Of a DNA stretch of 58,929 bases, positions 57,006 to 58,929 are shown in pieces. Origin of the DNA: Eubacteriales bacterium. GTDB lineage: Bacteria; Bacillota; Clostridia; Oscillospirales; CAG-272. The translations under genes and the position numbers were made by a program. The notes under the pieces are model-generated. The model saw only the letters and a list, made by a program, of their open reading frames with translations. It ran no database searches and was not told the DNA's origin. The stretch covers positions 1 through 58,929 of the forward strand of contig JAZOPN010000056.1 in NCBI GenBank assembly GCA_045655565.1, read 5' to 3'. Numbering within the stretch: position 1 is the first letter of the stretch; the number at the start of each line of letters is the position of its first letter.

Positions 57006-58767
57006 ATGAAGAACAAGTGGTTTCAGAAAGTTGTGTGCATGATACTTTCTGTCACAATGCTGCTTGGTGCGCTTGGTTTCTCAACCTCTGCTGCATCGCT
57101 GAAGGAAGATCCTAACGAGAAGTATCCTTATAGCGTGCCCTCTCTTGAGGATATGCAGTCATTGGTTGGTACTCTAAGCTACGCCGAGTACATTGCTAAC
57201 TACGGTAATATTGCTGCCGGTCCTTACACCCTGACGGTGCCCAACATTACCAAACCTTTGACTAAGACAAACGCAGACATCATCGTTTCGTCTCTCAGTC
57301 AGCATGTTCAGGCAGCTAAAAAGGAGGATGCCAGCGCGTGGGTAAACTTCGGTGATGCTAATTATGCCGAGACTATTTACCTACCCTCGACAGGTTCTGC
57401 TACCTGGGCTATCGAGGTTTCCGAGAGTGAAGCCGGTCTTTACTATCTTAAGCTCGAATATTACAGCTGTAACACTGATGAGAGTAGCGTAAGCCCAATT
57501 GAGCGTGGGCTTCTCATTGATGGTAAGGTCGTGTTTGATGAGGTTGCTTCCATCACTCTCGATAAGACTTGGTCATACGAAAATATAGTCGTTGACGGCC
57601 CTGTTGATACCGATGAGGAAGATGATTATTCCGTCGACTATAACCCGGTCTCCGGCAGTAACATGTATACCAAGACAGTTACGGTTATCAAGGACGGCAA
57701 GAAGACAACTACCACATACACGCTCTCTCAGGATATCATTGGTAACTCAATGTCACCGGGATCCAGTGCATTCCAGTCTTGGAATACATACTTCGTTCAG
57801 GATGCTACCGGTTATCATTCCGGTTATCTTGCATTCTACCTCACCGAGGGCCCTCACCAGATTACCCTTGAGGCAGAGCGTGATCCTGTAATTCTTAAGT
57901 CTATCGAGTTTGTTCCCGCAGTTGAGGCTGACTCTGAGCTTACCTATGAAGAGTATCTTGCACAGCATGCGGATAAGACTGCTCCTAATGGCGGCGAGAC
58001 CATCAAGATTGAGGCGGAGTTCCCCGATATGTCTTCCGACTCATCGGTTGCTCCCTCTAATGATAATACCTCCCCTGTTAACTCTCCTGCTAACGCCGGT
58101 GCTCAAATTTACAACGTAATAGGCGAGACCGGTTTCAGCACAGTAGGGCAGTGGGCAGCTTATAAGTTCCAGGTTACCGAGTCAGGCTTCTACAACTTCG
58201 CTATGAGGTTTAAGCAGAACAACCTGCAGGGTATGTTCGTCTGCCGTACCTTGAAGCTTGCAGGCGGTGAATACGGTCTTGATGACGGTACACCTACCGT
58301 TCCCTTTATAGAGGCTAACAACGCGCGCTTTGGCTACGTTGACGGCTGGCAGAGCACATTCGTCTCCGACGGCGAGAATGAGCCCTTCGAGCTTTATTTC
58401 GAGGAGGGCGTTGAGTATACTCTTTACCTTGAGTGCTCGCTTGGTTCTCTTAAGAAGTATATTCAGATTGCCGAGGAGGCTCTTAATGTAGTTAACTCTG
58501 CATACCTTCGTATTATTCAGCTTACAGGTACTGATCCTGATGAGTACAATGATTCCTACGATTTCATGGCTATTATGCCCGATGCTCTTATCTCTATTCT
58601 TGAGCAGGCAGTAGCGCTTGAGAGAGCACATAAGGAGCTGATGGATATCTGCGGCACGAATGGTGCACACATTGCGCAGCTGGAGACCATCTACAAGCTC
58701 TTCAATACCGCTGCTTCCGATAAGGGGCGTAATATAGCAGCTAACCTCTCAACCCTTAAGTCCTACC
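57006..58767 (+). CDS. Large secreted protein, probably the N-terminal part of a carbohydrate ABC-transporter extracellular solute-binding protein; truncated
   Basis: GGAGG RBS, signal peptide, beta-rich modules (IEAE, GQWAAYKF, GFYNFAMRFKQ, LRIIQLTGTDPD); runs into adapter sequence. Confidence 0.65.
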
Positions 58768-58929
58768 AAGTCGGATCGTAGCCATGTCGTTCTGTGAGCC
58801 AAGGAGTTGCCCTTAACCCTGTCTTCCTAAGACCGCTTGGCCTCCGACTTATCTACAAGCTCTTCAATACCGCTGCTTCCGATAAGGGGCGTAATATAGC
58901 AGCTAACCTCTCAACCCTTAAGTCCTACC
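58768..58929. other. MGI/BGISEQ adapter plus barcode plus duplicated insert (assembly artefact)
   Basis: AAGTCGGATCGTAGCCATGTCGTTCTGTGAGCCAAGGAGTTG, 10-nt barcode, TGTCTTCCTAAGACCGCTTGGCCTCCGACTT; 58851-58929 repeats 58689-58767. Confidence 0.95.

Noticed and set aside
58689-58929. Direct repeat suggesting an att site or mobile element end
   Set aside because: The intervening sequence is an MGI sequencing adapter.

Overview
Chromosomal, mostly housekeeping window from a spore-forming Clostridia-type (Bacillota) bacterium (PolC, SpoVB, YtvI, T-box), probably an MGI-sequenced contig end. Order: ppi, ytvI, rpmB, proBAC, an Asn T-box-led aspS-gatC-gatA-gatB-asparaginase-like operon, three tRNAs, cca/rqcH, rpsB-tsf, spoVB, ZIP and CorC/CNNM transporters, an amino-acid ABC transporter, split transketolase, pyrH-frr-uppS-cdsA-dxr-rseP-ispG-polC, an ABC exporter, an M3 peptidase lipoprotein, a ROK kinase, nifS-nifU-mnmA, and a large extracellular protein cut by a sequencing adapter. 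No integrase, transposase, prophage or CRISPR was seen. Best candidate for a new system: the GatCAB amidotransferase has an intact GatB but a GatA that has lost its Ser-cisSer-Lys triad and glutamine-binding residues. An asparaginase/GatD-like gene follows gatB, and a neighbouring tRNA-Gln has an A1:U72 pair. This suggests an ammonia-dependent or GatD-like-supplemented transamidation route. Other candidates are an acidic leader-peptide attenuator upstream of the CorC/CNNM gene, an orphan structured RNA with its own promoter and terminator, two more apparent pseudoenzymes, and several multi-hairpin intergenic repeats. All motif comparisons were made by eye against remembered family consensus sequences; no searches were run.
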